Assembly (NCBI RefSeq): GCF_035083965.1
Contig: NC_089722.1
Location: 25,355,081 to 25,419,080 of the forward strand
DNA from: Branchiostoma lanceolatum
Lineage: Eukaryota
Direction of reading: 5' to 3'
DNA length: 64,000 nucleotides
The notes under the pieces were generated by a model. It had not been told where the DNA came from. It saw nothing but the letters and a program-made list of their open reading frames with translations, and did no database searches. How positions within the stretch are numbered: position 1 is the stretch's first letter; each line of letters opens with the position of its first letter. Position numbers and translations under genes: made by a program. Positions 1-12,033 of the stretch are shown here, piece by piece.

Positions 1-44
1 ATGGATGTGCAGAGTACGTTATAATTTTAAGGTAACTTTTTCAG

Positions 45-180
45 GCTTGAGCCACCGGAAGTGGATGTGGACCCCATGATGACGCGCGGCACGGCAGTGC
101 ATGCTGGGGAGACTCTTCACCTCAAAGCGGGAGTCGGCGGCAGACCTGCACCGGAGGTCACGTGGTCCATCCCGCAAGAG
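45..180 (+). CDS. Ig/FN3-repeat muscle-type protein (titin/twitchin/MyBP-like), exon (Ig domain N-terminal part)
   Basis: Acceptor ttttcag|, donor |gtacga. Translation ..VDVDPMMTRGTAVHAGETLHLKAGVGGRPAPEVTWSIPQE is the Ig I-set motif (GExxxLxAxVxGxPxPxVTW). Confidence 0.6.
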
Positions 181-439
181 GTACGAATGATTTCATTATA
201 AGACGAACACATTCGTTTCGTCGTCAGGAGAATAAGTAGAGACGTTGTTACAACCTTCCTGAAAATTGACTATTGCTGACGTCAGGTATTCATAAGGTCA
301 CGTGTCTTTAGTGGTTGGTCATTCAAACCTGAGAAGGGCCGTAGAGACGGCCGAAAATTTTGAGTTGCTCTTTGTGTTGGATCACAATCCGTATGTTGAC
401 AGTTCCGAATAACCATGTGTGTTGGTCCGTCTCCTTCAG

Positions 440-525
440 GAGCGTGAGGGTCGCATTGCTGTGGACACAACGACAAAGGACACACAGCTGTTGGTGATGA
501 ACTGTGACAGAACTGACGCTGGCAG
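440..525 (+). CDS. Ig/FN3-repeat protein exon (Ig domain middle)
   Basis: cag|GAGCGT..ggcag|gtctgc. Translation EREGRIAVDTTTKDTQLLVMNCDRTDAG; phase-consistent with neighbouring exons. Confidence 0.6.
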
Positions 526-848
526 GTCTGCATTCTTTAGTTACTCATTCGTGTTAGGTGGTAAACTCGGTGGGCATCAACATAGTGCAATAAGCAACAC
601 GTCCCAATCTGCGCGATCATTCTGAGGTGCTGCGATTTCGGTTCAGTCGATATCTTGTTTCTCTTTCAATGGTTGATTGTGAAACTCGATCGGTTAGCAT
701 TTACTAAACTTTGACAGACGAGCATATTTCATAGATCCTCATATCAAACGATAGCAACTACCTTTTTTTAATCTTGAAAAACTATCTTTGTCTGTGTGAT
801 CTATGGCTCGCGACAAGACTTGAATTGTACATCTCTTTCTTGTTTCAG

Positions 849-996
849 ATATGTACTTACCCTTAAGAACAGCGTCGGTGCCAAGACGGTGACGTTCAAC
901 GTCAAGGTGTTGGACAGTCCCTCTGCACCCGTCAACCTGCGAGTCAAGGACGCCAACAAAAACCAGGCCGTGCTCAACTGGGATCCTCCAGAGAAG
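849..996 (+). CDS. Ig/FN3-repeat protein exon (Ig C-terminal half + FN3 start)
   Basis: tttcag|..aag|gtaccg. Translation (R)YVLTLKNSVGAKTVTFNVKVLDSPSAPVNLRVKDANKNQAVLNWDPPEK (NWDPPE FN3 hallmark). Confidence 0.7.
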
Positions 997-1236
997 GTAC
1001 CGTCTTATTTCTTATCCCTCAAATAACACAACAGGCTTATAAGTACAGTGTATGGTAATAACGGTGCCTTAGGCCGAGGCCCGAACAGAAGTAAAGTGTT
1101 ACGTGTGGATGTCATTTGCTCACTTAAGGGTGTGTGCTTTGCCTTCTTTGCCACTGTGAATGTAACTGTCCCTTTTAATATAAGACCTAGTACACTTATC
1201 TAAAGTGCTCAAATGCGAATGTATTATGTGTTAAAG

Positions 1237-1479
1237 GATGGCGGTAGCTTGGTCACACACTACATCGTTGAGAAGAGAGAACAGTCTCGACGCACGTGGG
1301 GCCCAGTGGACAGAGAGGTGCAGAGGAACTCTTACCGGGTCAACATGGTCGAGGGCAACCACTACTACTTCCGGGTCACGGCCGTGAACGACTATGGAGA
1401 GGGCGTACCGGCTGAAACCACTACACCGACTTTGGCGGCCGATCCAGTTGAGGTGCCTGATCCACCAAGATTCCTTGAG
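1237..1479 (+). CDS. Ig/FN3-repeat protein exon (FN3 domain)
   Basis: Translation DGGSLVTHYIVEKREQSRRTWGPV...YYFRVTAVNDYGEGVP...PDPPRFLE, donor |gtaatt. Classic titin-type FN3 (DGGS..Y.VE....W, YxFRV.A.N..G). Confidence 0.75.
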
Positions 1480-1804
1480 GTAATTTCTCCAGACCCTGTT
1501 TCTACAGAATTAGAAGTACATGAGGTCATCATGCCTTGTACACCAGATATAAACTGGGTTGCCCAATCCCTTCGTTCTACTTCAGTTCCAAAAGAAACCG
1601 ATAGGGTATCCAAAATGCAACCGCTTCTTTATTAGTTCAATACGAATCTACATACCAAAGGTCATGGCGATTCTTTCTTATCTTACCGAGTTATCAAGCT
1701 AGCAAGCCACCGTAAACAAACAGAACCAAGAATATGATCTACTAACTTTAGGCATGGTAGTTAGCACTATTTCTCAACCACTGACTGTTGATGGGATGTT
1801 TCAG

Positions 1805-1902
1805 GTGACCCAGGTGACGGAGACAAGCATAGGTCTGTCATGGGAGAAACCTGACTGGGATGGAGGCGCCAGAGTGGAGACTTATGTTATCGGTAAGTGC
1901 GA
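1805..1902 (+). CDS. Ig/FN3-repeat protein exon (second FN3, N-terminal half)
   Basis: cag|GTGACC..atcg|gtaagt. Translation VTQVTETSIGLSWEKPDWDGGARVETYVI. Confidence 0.7.
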
Positions 1903-2064
1903 CACTTCGGGGGACCGAATTTTATTCGCGATTTCAGATTAAGAAATTATCAGAGATTATCATAACGACCACTTCTAACATTTCAATCATTTTGTAGTTT
2001 TATATTTGATAGATCCAACGCACCAGATCAGTAACATTGCTTGTCTGTCTTGTTGTTCTTGTAG

Positions 2065-2276
2065 AGGGATTATGGGAAGGCAGCAACTCCTGGACGTTCA
2101 TGAAGAACACGTGTCAGACCCACGTGACCCTGATGGGACTGGACGAGGGGATGACGTACAGCATCCGGGTCCGTGCGCAGAACGGGGCGGGAATCGGGCA
2201 CCCGGCGGAGGTGGAGGAAGATATCGTCTGCAGACACCAGGGGAGCCTGCCCATGGTGGACCTGGGAATGCTGTAG
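2065..2276 (+). CDS. Ig/FN3-repeat protein terminal exon (FN3 C-terminal half + short tail, stop TAG 2274-2276)
   Basis: tag|AGGGAT. Translation (E)GLWEGSNSWTFMKNTCQTHVTLMGLDEGMTYSIRVRAQNGAGIGHPAEVEEDIVCRHQGSLPMVDLGML*. AATAAA at ~2511. Confidence 0.7.
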
Positions 2277-4039
2277 AACCGCAAACTTGCCAAACGATGT
2301 GACGAATTGAGCTGTACTGTGGCGATAAGCAAGTTCACGGCCCCAAGTGCGCATGTGCAGTCGTGATGCATTGTGGTTTAAGGTCACATTCTAAGGTCCC
2401 TGCTGGTCAGTCTACTTGCCAGGGGCCTGAATTCTGATCTTAGACTACAATACACATGCGCACTTGGCACTATGAACTGACTTATAGGGTTGCTTATGAA
2501 TTAGTAATCGAAATAAACAGTTGAGTCAACGAGACAGTCATTACACGTGACTACAGTTGGGGGCCTCCGCCATTTTTTCAGGGAAACAAAATACCCAGAG
2601 ATTTGAATCATGTTAATAGAGTCAACTTGCCACAGTACTATTTAGCTCAGTTCGCTTGTAAATATTGCAATGTGCAAATGTACAAAAAAGCAAAACCACC
2701 TTATCTATACAATGTAAAAGAAACTGAAAGGAGTGGATCATTTGTAAGATCAAGACATAGAGCATTTCCAGTGGATACACCTTTGTTTGAAGGGATATGA
2801 CTTTATTTTAGTGGTGCGGTGGTTCCATGGTCATATGACACACCGTGTTGTGTAAAGATACGGCAACCAGCCCAGGAGAAGGCAACCATGCGCTTATATA
2901 TGACAAAAGAGCCAAAGTTTGTGCTATTGCCGGACGTGACAAAACTGGTAAATTTTGCCAGGTTATATCAAGGCTTTCGGTAACCAGACCACGACAGTGA
3001 TTTCTTAGCATGCGCGAATGATTATAAAAGTCTGATTTTAGTCTATAGCTAGATGGGTGTTGTTTTCAAAATAGTTGCCATGCACGCCAATTAGCAAAGT
3101 GGAGCAAAGTGGTCTAATTAAATGGTCCATTTATTCTTCATGACGCAAACGAAGTAAAAAAATGCATGCCGAATATCTCATTAAAACCATTCACATTTAC
3201 TTGTGTACATCAATTTTGTTAGTTTACCATACGTGATGCGAACAATAACCATTCATTGAAAACCTTCTAAAACAGTTGTCTATCGTGATCATGAAATAAA
3301 AAGTGCTAACATCTACGCTGCATTGCCTTAGCTTGTATTGTGAATCTTACCTTTCAGTTACAGTAATAGTACACTCTAGTGATAGGTGTTTATTTCGTAA
3401 CAAACTGCATTTAATATCATGAATACCAATAGTGCACCCTATCAAAAAATCATACCTATGTAAATCTATTAGTTTGCAAAAAGACAGTTTTAAAATCAAA
3501 AAGCAATATACGTTTATCATTATCAGACGTATCAGTGGACGCAGCCGAACGGTACTTGTAGTTTGTATAGTGCTTTTTCGGTTAGTTTTAAATTATCAAG
3601 CAAACAGACTTATATTCTTACAGTACACATAGGAGTGAACAACTGATACTACCCACTCGTCATTTATTCATAATGTATAAATGTATATATTCAGGGTTAC
3701 ATCCGATACACATTTTGCTGAGATGGAATCGGACAACGTATTTTCAATACCGACCTCTGCAATTAATATTTTCTCAGACGAAGCAATATAAATTGCAGTG
3801 GCGTCCATGACTTATAAAGTCTGAGCACGCAATATGTTACCCTTTGTCGTAACTTATAGATGCTGAGCTTGCAATATCAAGAGGTTGAAAATTTCGAATA
3901 TTCTACTTTGTGTACCTGCTTGAAATTCGGAGTGCTCCTTGTCTGAACGGCTTTTTTCGTTCGTTTCAAGGCATCCGGACGAAGCATGATGCTTTTTCAA
4001 GAAGCTAGTGGTAGTGCCATGCGGCTTCGCTACTGCTCG

Positions 4040-4300
4040 CGTTTTGGGCCAGGCACACCGGGTCACCCCTACACGGTAAATGTGTTGGGTTCTTTTACGT
4101 GCAGAAGTTTGACGAGGCTAATGCCTGAAGCTCCCTCATACACGAGGCCGCCGGCTTTACGTCACCATCCGAAATGACGAATGCAATCCTTTGCAACATG
4201 TCCGAGCTGAAGTCGACCCCTGGGATCGAACTCGGGCCCTAGGATCCACGGAATTCGATCCAGATGGCGAATCAGCGGGGTTGCATTACCGCTTGCGCCA
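4040..4300 (-). mobile_element. tRNA-derived SINE copy, family A (- orientation)
   Basis: Aligns along its length with 63190-63350 (ggttcttt(t/a)acgtgcag(a/g)(a/g)gtttgacg.. ..catccga..tgcaa..c..gtccgagc.. ..acggaatt(c/t)gatcca). The reverse complement matches the 56881-57095 copy. Confidence 0.5.
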
Positions 4301-5339
4301 CAGGGATTGAAAGCAAATTTGATATTAAAATCATGTTGAAGTGGATAATTTTAACGTTCCGACTAGCCGGCTTTTCTCACACAGTCCTCTATTATCGTAA
4401 AAGCTGGTTATGGAACGTTACAACTGTCATTTTGCTACGAAGACTGGCATAAGAGCCAGCCGGTCAGAAAATTCAAAAATTGATAACCCAACATCTGCTT
4501 GGAGACACGTTTTGTCTGACCCAGGAAGTAAATGCCAACTGGGTCACCAGAGGTCATCGGGCTTCTATGACAACAAACACGCATCGCCCATGACCATATT
4601 GATTTGTTGGTTTTTCAGGTATTAATCCTGCGGAAATAAGAAACTACATCTTACTTTTACAATATCTAGCTTTGATGATTAAGCTAGGCTGGTAAAATAT
4701 CGCCTGATTTGGTGAGAAAACCTCTGCGAAGCATGTTGTTGTCGGAAGATCCATGGTTACGACCGGTTTGACAGGTAAGCCCTCCCACCTTTTCCACATA
4801 CCATTATACCTTCACTTTCGTATGGTCTGTAAAGTATATTTTCCTTTGATCGGCTTTAGTTAAAGGAACACATTTCCGAGATGAGCTTGTGTACTTTTGA
4901 CTGAGTAAAATCTGGTTTAAAAAAATTAATATAATGTTGCAAATTATAAAATGAGAAACCAAATTAGACTCGACGTATTAGTAATACAACTAACTGCCTA
5001 ACATCAAAGTGATTTAAAAGAAAATGAGTCAGTTATAACTGGGAAAAATGATGACATTAAGACAACACAACATAAACTGACACTGATGTAAATACAGCAA
5101 TTCTTAAAGTCATGAGAAAATAACATAATTAACGTTACTGGTACTAATTGTTACAGCTAGGGTAGTCATTTATTTTAGACAACAATATGATCATGAAGGA
5201 CTATAGAAGTATGAAAGTGAAATATTACTGCCATCAATTCTAATTCAAATACAGTTTTAATGTAGTCGTATATGACCTAGTAAACAATGACTATTGCTGC
5301 ATAATATGTTAATTGACCTCGTTTTCTTCATACACAATG

Positions 5340-5420
5340 TAGAGGCTTTCGATTGACGTCATGGTAATTATGATTTGAATCCCCTGGCGGCCATGTCGGC
5401 GGGTCATTGGATAACAGCAG
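5340..5420 (+). promoter_or_regulatory. candidate promoter of NPHP3-like gene (CRE TGACGTCA at ~5353, inverted CCAAT 'cattgg' at ~5405)
   Basis: Motifs lie 120-200 bp upstream of the MGCGAS start codon at 5546. Confidence 0.3.
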
Positions 5421-5545
5421 CAGCATGTTTGCCTGTTTAAACATAAGTAATCCACAGGGCACAAATGAGGTCATATGAAAAGCCTGAGTATATTGTTAAC
5501 AATGATGTTTTCTTACACAGTTCCAGTGTGTGAATCAGAGTGAAG

Positions 5546-5731
5546 ATGGGTTGTGGGGCGTCGACAAACTATCAGTATGAGGTGAACCTCACCTGGGAAC
5601 AGGTGAGCCGCACGGTGGACACGCCCAGACCCAAGGACGACAAGCTGGTCCTCAGGCACTCCAACTGGAAAACTGTCCGCATCTTCGTCTCGTCGACCTT
5701 CAAGGACTTTCACTCGGAGCGAGACGCTCTT
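5546..5731 (+). CDS. NPHP3: NPHP3-like NACHT-TPR protein exon 1 (N-myristoylation motif MGCGAS; DUF4062-like start ..WKTVRIFVSSTFKDFHSERDALV)
   Basis: ATG 5546 (the listed ORF at 5540 begins on GTG). Donor ctt|gtgaac. Motif V(R/F)ISSTF(R/K)D..ERD as in the NPHP3/NWD N-terminus. NPHP3 is likewise Gly2-myristoylated. Confidence 0.65.
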
Positions 5732-6282
5732 GTGAACTCGCAGACTTGAGACATTGGTGTGAGAAAAGGAGGTTACATCTTGTGGAGTGTGATCTGAGAT
5801 GGGTGAGAAAAGTTGGATTTTTCTTTTTGGAGAAGGCGGCATTATGGCCGTGTAAAGAATCTTATGAGTTATCTATGATAACTTGTCTATGATAACTTGT
5901 CTATGATAATCTGTTGTTAAGCTTTTATACACTATTTCCAAACAAAAAGTAAAGCTTTTACCAACAAGCTTTTGATCAGTCCTCTGATCCTTCTCAAGTT
6001 GAAATGACCCTAAGCCTGTGTCAGATGACCTGAACGGAAGTGTGAGGTCAACAGAGGTCAAACTTTCAAAGGTGCCCAGCAGTTGGTACCGGCCCCTGTC
6101 TCAGCCTCTGATGTATATGGCCTCTTTCACTTCTCTTAGTTAGTAATCCTGTTGGGTGTCTAATATTCTAACTTTATTCAGTGTGATTTGTGTTTGGAGT
6201 TACAAGCATACACAACGTATATCATAAGAAAGTAGACATTCAAGGCTGTAATGTACATGTCTTGCCTGTTACCAAATTTCAG

Positions 6283-6389
6283 GGTATTCCCAAGGATACA
6301 ACAACAGAGTTTACACTGAGGACATGCTTGGAGGAGATTGACAGATGCTATGAAGACAACATCATGCCTTTCTTTCTCAACATGACCAG
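6283..6389 (+). CDS. NPHP3: NPHP3-like exon 2
   Basis: tttcag|GGTATT..accag|gtatta. Translation GIPKDTTTEFTLRTCLEEIDRCYEDNIMPFFLNMT(R). Phase 0 in, phase 2 out. Confidence 0.6.
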
Positions 6390-6595
6390 GTATTATTCAA
6401 ACTCAGTAATTGTTAATACCAGTATTTGTTTATTGCACATTTGACAAAGCTATCCAGTTTAGAAATTGACATTTGTCTATTACTTAAACTTCACCCCAAG
6501 TTGGCTTGTCTGTGTGTCTGTCTGTGTTTCTGCATTGCAGTTTCTGTGTGTTCTGCTAGAGGGCACTTACTAACTCTTACTGTGTTTGTCCTCAG

Positions 6596-6729
6596 TGAGA
6601 GATGTGGGTGGATCCCAGGTGTACAGGAGGTTCCTCCGCAGTTCGCTGCAGAATACCGCTGGATCCACGGCTTGTCTGTCACAGAGATGGAAATCATGCA
6701 CGGAGCCTACAGGAAAGGCAACCCAAACT
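6596..6729 (+). CDS. NPHP3: NPHP3-like exon 3
   Basis: ctcag|T..aact|gtaagt. Translation (S)ERCGWIPGVQEVPPQFAAEYRWIHGLSVTEMEIMHGAYRKGNPN. Confidence 0.65.
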
Positions 6730-6761
6730 GTAAGTTGATGTAATGAAGTTGTCTTCAAGTA

Positions 6762-6860
6762 GCCTGGTATCCAAACCTACCATAGGTCGCAAGTCTCTTC
6801 TGTCTATTTGCGGAAAGGACAGATGAGACTCGGGAGCGATAGTAGGTTTGGATACCAGGC
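6762..6860. mobile_element. palindromic MITE (AGCCTGGTATCCAAACC... arms) with 9-bp TSD GTCTTCAAG, in NPHP3-like intron 3
   Basis: 18-bp perfect plus extended imperfect inverted arms. Flanking direct repeat gtcttcaag on both sides. Same terminal sequence family as the element at 21583-21666. Confidence 0.6.
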
Positions 6861-7109
6861 TAGTCTTCAAGCTCTATTTCAGGCTCACTAGGCCTGTAAA
6901 ACAATACAATTAAGTAGAGAAAGTCTGCGTAAAAAGACTGACTTTAATCAAAAGAATACATCCTAGAATACATTCTCTTGTAGTCTTTTAACTTTTGGAT
7001 AATATACTCACTTATGAATCATTCATGGACAAAAATAGAGCACCGTACATGTAGCTAATTAGTATAATTTGAAAAAGCAGTAACATTTTGCTCCACTGCA
7101 TCCTTCCAG

Positions 7110-7243
7110 CTCTGTTCATGATCAGAGATGGGACTTTCCTGGAGTCTGTACCTGAGAAGCATCATAAGGACTTTATCGACATCACACCTGAGGCTCCCTT
7201 CAAGCTCAAGATGCTCAAGAAGATGCTTCAAGACAGATTTGAC
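7110..7243 (+). CDS. NPHP3: NPHP3-like exon 4
   Basis: ttccag|CT..gac|gtatgt. Translation (S)LFMIRDGTFLESVPEKHHKDFIDITPEAPFKLKMLKKMLQDRFD. Confidence 0.7.
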
Positions 7244-7699
7244 GTATGTCACCCATTTGGTGTTTGCAATTGGTGCATGTCAGGTCTTTCTTTTCTTCAA
7301 TGAAAACAAAATCTTGGTCTTTTAAACTACTATAAATGCATTTAAATTCACGGTAGGGAGAAAATGGAGTGTTTGCAATGGTTTGAAATTCGCGTTTGAA
7401 ACAATAGCAGACAAGGGGTTAAGAGGGAAAAAGAATTTGTGGTGGTTTTAAGCTCGCGGCGAAGAGCTCACCGCCAAAACTGCGAACATAAAACCACCAC
7501 AAACATGTTTGCATTTACAGTATTACAATGCTTCTGTATACAGAAGAAAGCCATCAACCTAATTAGAAGTGCCAGTAGGGCCAATCAAGTCAAACACTGA
7601 ACTTCTATTAAAGGTTACAAAAGGTCTTTTGCTAGCAGTACAGTGAAAGAAATTACCTGAAGCTACCAGTGATGCTCACCTGTTCTCACTTCTCCCCAG

Positions 7700-7792
7700 C
7701 CCGACCAGGTGTGCCAGTACCAGTGTGAGGTCGCAGGGGTCAACTCAGAGGGCAGAGTTCAACTCAAGGGGCTGGAGAACTTCAGTCAGAAG
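7700..7792 (+). CDS. NPHP3: NPHP3-like exon 5
   Basis: ccccag|CCC..aag|gtacct. Translation PDQVCQYQCEVAGVNSEGRVQLKGLENFSQK. Confidence 0.65.
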
Positions 7793-8114
7793 GTACCTTA
7801 AAAAGGAAGTTGTACATGTAGTTGAAATGATGATTTGTACATTGCACTCTTTGGAGACAGGAACTTAAGAAGGGGTTATGGTGGGGGGAAGAAAAACAGA
7901 GGCTTGCTTCAGAAATAATAGCAAGACATTTCATTGTAAGAATCTGTACTATTTAGAGTTTTACGAGACTGACAAATGCCTACTATATCTGCATTATGTA
8001 TTGTATTGTACATTTCATACCTGTATCATATTTCATGCTGTAGAATTCATTGGAAGGTACATTTTCTTTACTGAATTTCTATATGTTTATGATTCACCTG
8101 CCTGTGTTTTTCAG

Positions 8115-8207
8115 GTGTTTGAGTTCTTCACCCAGAGAATAGGGGAGCAATACCCACTGGAGGAGGTACAAACAGACCCATATAGACAACAGGAGGAGGC
8201 TCATGAG
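8115..8207 (+). CDS. NPHP3: NPHP3-like exon 6
   Basis: ttttcag|GTG..gag|gtaatg. Translation VFEFFTQRIGEQYPLEEVQTDPYRQQEEAHE. Confidence 0.65.
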
Positions 8208-8560
8208 GTAATGATGGGGGAAATACTACATGTACATCTTTCAGGATGCTTCTTAAGGGAAAGTTAGGGAGGAAGTTTTGCCACAGCTCTTAATGTTTGT
8301 ATGAAAATGTTGGTCATTCTTTTCATGTTCAAATGCTGGGACATGTATTTGCCCTAGCTGACGAAAGAAGACTAAGGCATTTAACAGTTGTACCATTCTA
8401 GATGTGTTCTTCAAGGCTTTTCCTTCACCCTTTACATGTACATAGTACATATATATGTAAGCCATTGGAATTTTCAATAGACTAGCAAATCACACAAAAT
8501 TAATGAATGATTTTTTTTTTAAATTGATTCATTAATCTTTAGGGTGGTCCCTTCAATTAA

Positions 8561-9030
8561 CTACCGTAAAATCCCTATTTACGTACGCACTTTTTAAACT
8601 TTTCAAGTTGCAAGCAGGTGTTCAAGGCTGACGCCAAAGTTGGGAGCATACGTTAGGAGGGGTTCTTCCTCGGAAAAATCGCATATCAGCGTGAGAGTAT
8701 GGTACATCTTAATGCAAATGAAGTGTGGAATGCTACCACACAATCAATCAGTAGTAAAGAATAAATAATACATATACACACTGTATTTAAATTGTTTGAT
8801 ATTTTCCACCCAGAAACATTTTGTCAGTAGGCTTTTAAGTCGGTAAACATCATCGAAAGGATGATCATGTCAACCTCTAACTATCCACAGAAATGCTGGA
8901 GAGGGGGTGCTTACGTTAAGAGGGTTTTTCCCCTGAACGTTTCAGCTCACTGAGTCAGGCCCGTAATCGTCCCCAAATCGGGGGTGCGTACGTTAGGAGG
9001 GCTGCGTACGTAAATAGGAATTTTACGGTA
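8561..9030. mobile_element. MITE (~470 bp) with ~27-bp TIRs taccgtaaaatccctatttacgtacgca, in NPHP3-like intron 6
   Basis: Left TIR 8562-8589, right TIR 9003-9029 (reverse complement matches with 1 mismatch). Internal subrepeats g(c/t)(a/g)tacgttaggagg occur three times. Confidence 0.6.
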
Positions 9031-9187
9031 TGTAAGGGAGCCATTGTAAGGATTGTTTATTTGCAAACACGGGCAATTTTGTGTGGGTGGTACAAATTAA
9101 GATTCCACAATAAGTTCCAAGTCTACACCATGATTTTTACGTTGGAATCAACTATTTTTTACAATATTGTTCACAAATTCTTACCAG

Positions 9188-9381
9188 GCCTACATGAAGA
9201 ATAAAGGAGACCTTGTGTTGGGGAGGGACTCCATCCTACAGGAGATCCAACAGTACATTACAGAGCTGGGAGTGGACTATCCCATGCTGCTGGTGGGGGA
9301 GGCAGGGTCCGGCAAGTCAGCCATCATGGCCAGGGTGGCCGATGTGGCCACGGCAAAGGCTCTGAACAAGGAGATACCGGG
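9188..9381 (+). CDS. NPHP3: NPHP3-like exon 7 (NACHT Walker A / P-loop GEAGSGKS)
   Basis: Translation AYMKNKGDLVLGRDSILQEIQQYITELGVDYPMLLVGEAGSGKSAIMARVADVATAKALNKEIPG, donor |gtagga. Compare NPHP3 LLVSGGPGSGKSLLLSKW. Confidence 0.8.
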
Positions 9382-9787
9382 GTAGGAATACTGGAGGGAC
9401 ATATAGTGTATCATATACATATGTATTGTAAGAAATTTTTCGTCCATGAATACTGCTGGTTGCCTTTGTGGCACAGAATGGGATGCTGTAGACTATTAAA
9501 CTGAAGCATAAGGCCACACCAATATACATGTACATTTTTCTTGGTTTTCAGTCTTTTCAAAGTAAAGATAAAGCAGGAGGCCAAGGTTAAAACAGCAGGG
9601 TGGATGAAAACTTAAAACTGCGTGCGCAAAGGCATATGGCTGGCACTTAAAGCTTTTGTTTTCATGTTGTTCTTTCAGCTGAGCCTTAAATTGGGCTATG
9701 TGGTCAAAATTTATCCGTAAATTTATTACAGTGTATGAAGATTAATCCCAAACTAATAGAAATGTGATGTTTTTTATATCTCTTCAG

Positions 9788-9899
9788 TGGAGGGGACACA
9801 GGCTGGCATGTGTTCTACCACTTTGTTGGAGCGATCCCGGGGTCCACCGATCTGGAGACCATTCTGAAGAGGCTGCTGAGGGAGCTCGACATCGTCAAT
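9788..9899 (+). CDS. NPHP3: NPHP3-like exon 8 (NACHT)
   Basis: Translation (G)GDTGWHVFYHFVGAIPGSTDLETILKRLLRELDIVN. Compare NPHP3 [27 protein letters not shown]. Confidence 0.8.
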
Positions 9900-10286
9900 G
9901 TAAGTCTGGCTGATCACCATTTAACCCTAAAAATGCCGGGTAAATTTTAGATGTATTGGAAGGTCAACAAAACTATATCGGTACAGATTCTGAATATCAT
10001 TGGCCCTCACAACACAGTGTAAGCCTTGAAATATTTGCAGTGGTTTTATGTTCACAGTTTTTGTGGCGACTTTTCCATTGCAAAATAACTACACAGGGAA
10101 CAATATCAATACAGATTTTCTGACAGTAATGCTTTCTTTTAGCCCACTGTGAACTTAAAGCAACACTTTGAACACCTCCCCCCCCCCCCAAGTAAAATTA
10201 AGTGCCCTCAAATTTAAAAAAATTACACACAAACAAAAACATAAAACATAAAATACACAAACTCTTTTTTCGCTATCACATTCCAG

Positions 10287-10394
10287 GATACCACCATGCC
10301 CAAAGACATGGAGTCTACTGTACAGCTGACGTGTGGGGTTCTATCCAGCCGAACCACCAGGCCCACCATCATCATCATCGATGCTGTCAATCAG
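10287..10394 (+). CDS. NPHP3: NPHP3-like exon 9 (NACHT Walker B IIIIDAVNQ)
   Basis: Translation DTTMPKDMESTVQLTCGVLSSRTTRPTIIIIDAVNQ. Compare NPHP3 SIIIVIDSIDQ. Confidence 0.8.
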
Positions 10395-10614
10395 GTGAGG
10401 CATTCTGGGATATCTAATGGTTCCCTGTTTGATGATGTTGAGGTAGCCTGATTAAATTATGCTTCAGGGGCACAACAGCACCAATCTCCAAAATAAAAGC
10501 CTCGGACTGCAGGAGTATGCATTATACAGAATACAGATCTTGAGGAGGTTTACCAGTTCTGCAAAACAAAACAAAAGATTGTGATCAGACTTTGATGCCT
10601 TCTCCCTTAACCAG

Positions 10615-10788
10615 ATGGATGAGGACCCCCACGCTCAGAGTGTCAGCTGGTTGCCAAGGAAACTGGCCCCTCAGGTGCGAGTGGTGTTGTCCATGATTGA
10701 CAGCACCCCACAGCACCGCGCACTCACCGAGCGGCAGAGGAAACCTCGCGAGGTCAGGGTGACTGCACTCAGCAAGGAGGACAGACAG
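10615..10788 (+). CDS. NPHP3: NPHP3-like exon 10
   Basis: Translation MDEDPHAQSVSWLPRKLAPQVRVVLSMIDSTPQHRALTERQRKPREVRVTALSKEDRQ, donor |gttagt. Confidence 0.75.
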
Positions 10789-10805
10789 GTTAGTAAGGGT
10801 GATTC

Positions 10806-10973
10806 TATACCCTGGGAGCCAGACTTGCAGATCAGGCCCAAGGCATTACGCCTGCCGATCTAAATTACTCTTGTGGGTAAGGGCTGGTCAACTCTCTTGG
10901 GCTATAACTCCCCCCTAACGCTTATTTAGATCGGCGGGAGTACTGCCTTGGGCCGTCTGGCTCCCAGGGTAGG
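10806..10973. mobile_element. inverted-repeat (hairpin) MITE with TA flanks, directly after exon 10 donor
   Basis: Arms taccctgggagccagac...gcccaaggca..cgcctgccgatctaaat (10808-10865) and its reverse complement (10924-10971). TA on both flanks suggests a Tc1/mariner-type element. Confidence 0.5.
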
Positions 10974-11185
10974 AGGTCTTAAAATACTCAACCTCCTATC
11001 TGATGAAGTCTGCCTCAACAAGTCTGTTGCATGCTGCTGCACCACCTAGCAGTGGAAAGTAGAACTACATGTAGCCAGTATTGTCCTGGGCAGAAGGACT
11101 CCCAAACATTGACAGGTAACTGTTATTGGTTTGTACAAATAACCTTATTACCCATTGATCTGAAATGTTTCACATCATTTCATAG

Positions 11186-11373
11186 GAAATTGTGCGAGCC
11201 ATGTTAGACAAGTACAACAAGCGGCTGGACCAGCACCAGATGAATAGTTTGCTGTCCAAAGAATCATCAGACAACCCTCTCTGGCTGTCCGTGGCCTGTG
11301 AAGAGCTCCGCGTTTACGGCGTCTTTGAGAAAGTGTCGGACAAGATAAACAGTTTAGCTGATGGTTTACTAAA
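11186..11373 (+). CDS. NPHP3: NPHP3-like exon 11
   Basis: Translation EIVRAMLDKYNKRLDQHQMNSLLSKESSDNPLWLSVACEELRVYGVFEKVSDKINSLADGLL, donor |gtaaga. Confidence 0.75.
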
Positions 11374-11706
11374 GTAAGAGAAATTTCCTTATTGTTGGAG
11401 ATTAGGACAATCTTTTTTTGACCACAATAGTGTGATTTCTCTTGTTCATATGTATGGTATTGTTTTATAGATTATGTTGTATCAAGCTATTTCTAGATGT
11501 CAGGGACACACATGATGCCTTGTGAAAACTTGGTTGGTGCTATTGGTTCTCTTTTTTTCCTGCCAATGATCTAACAAACTTACTAGTATGTTTTTGAATG
11601 AATTGTTTTCAGGAAAAATTTCATGTAATAACAAAAAAGGATGTTTTGTACTTGACTGTGTAGAATTGTACATGTCCTTAATTTTGATTGCTTTGTCTGT
11701 ACCTAG

Positions 11707-11876
11707 TTTGCTGGCTCAGGTACTGGAGAGGTTTGAGAGAGAGTACGGGGGGACGTTACTCGTGGCTACCCTGTGTCTCCTAGAGACATCAGCGAAGGGT
11801 ATGCTGGAAGTGGAGCTGCTGAGGCTGCTGGGAAATGAAGCAAACCTCCTTCCTCCTGAAGATAGAAGCCAAATAG
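11707..11876 (+). CDS. NPHP3: NPHP3-like exon 12
   Basis: Translation (N)LLAQVLERFEREYGGTLLVATLCLLETSAKGMLEVELLRLLGNEANLLPPEDRSQI, donor |gtttgt. Confidence 0.7.
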
Positions 11877-12033
11877 GTTTGTTGATTTCTTTACTTGTTT
11901 ATTTGTTTTTGTTTATTTTTTACTCAGCTGTCGGACTTAGTGTGTGAGTGTTTTGTTTGTACATTCAGGGCTTAGATTGGCATTCATGTTTCTTCAACAT
12001 ATATAGATTTTGAAGCTAGAGAGGAGCCCCCAG

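Noticed and set aside
5540-5749. ORF-track start 'MKMGCGAS' at 5540
   Set aside because: Position 5540-5542 is GTG, not ATG (the ORF caller evidently allows alternative starts). In a eukaryote the credible start is ATG 5546, giving MGCGAS, which also creates the myristoylation motif.
6762-6860. Intronic hairpins (also 10806-10973 and 21583-21666) as pre-miRNA / mirtron candidates
   Set aside because: Stems are 40-55 bp and near-perfect, longer than canonical pre-miRNAs. Two carry clear 9-bp target-site duplications and one has TA flanks, so transposon insertion (MITE) explains them better. Small-RNA production is still possible but not inferable.
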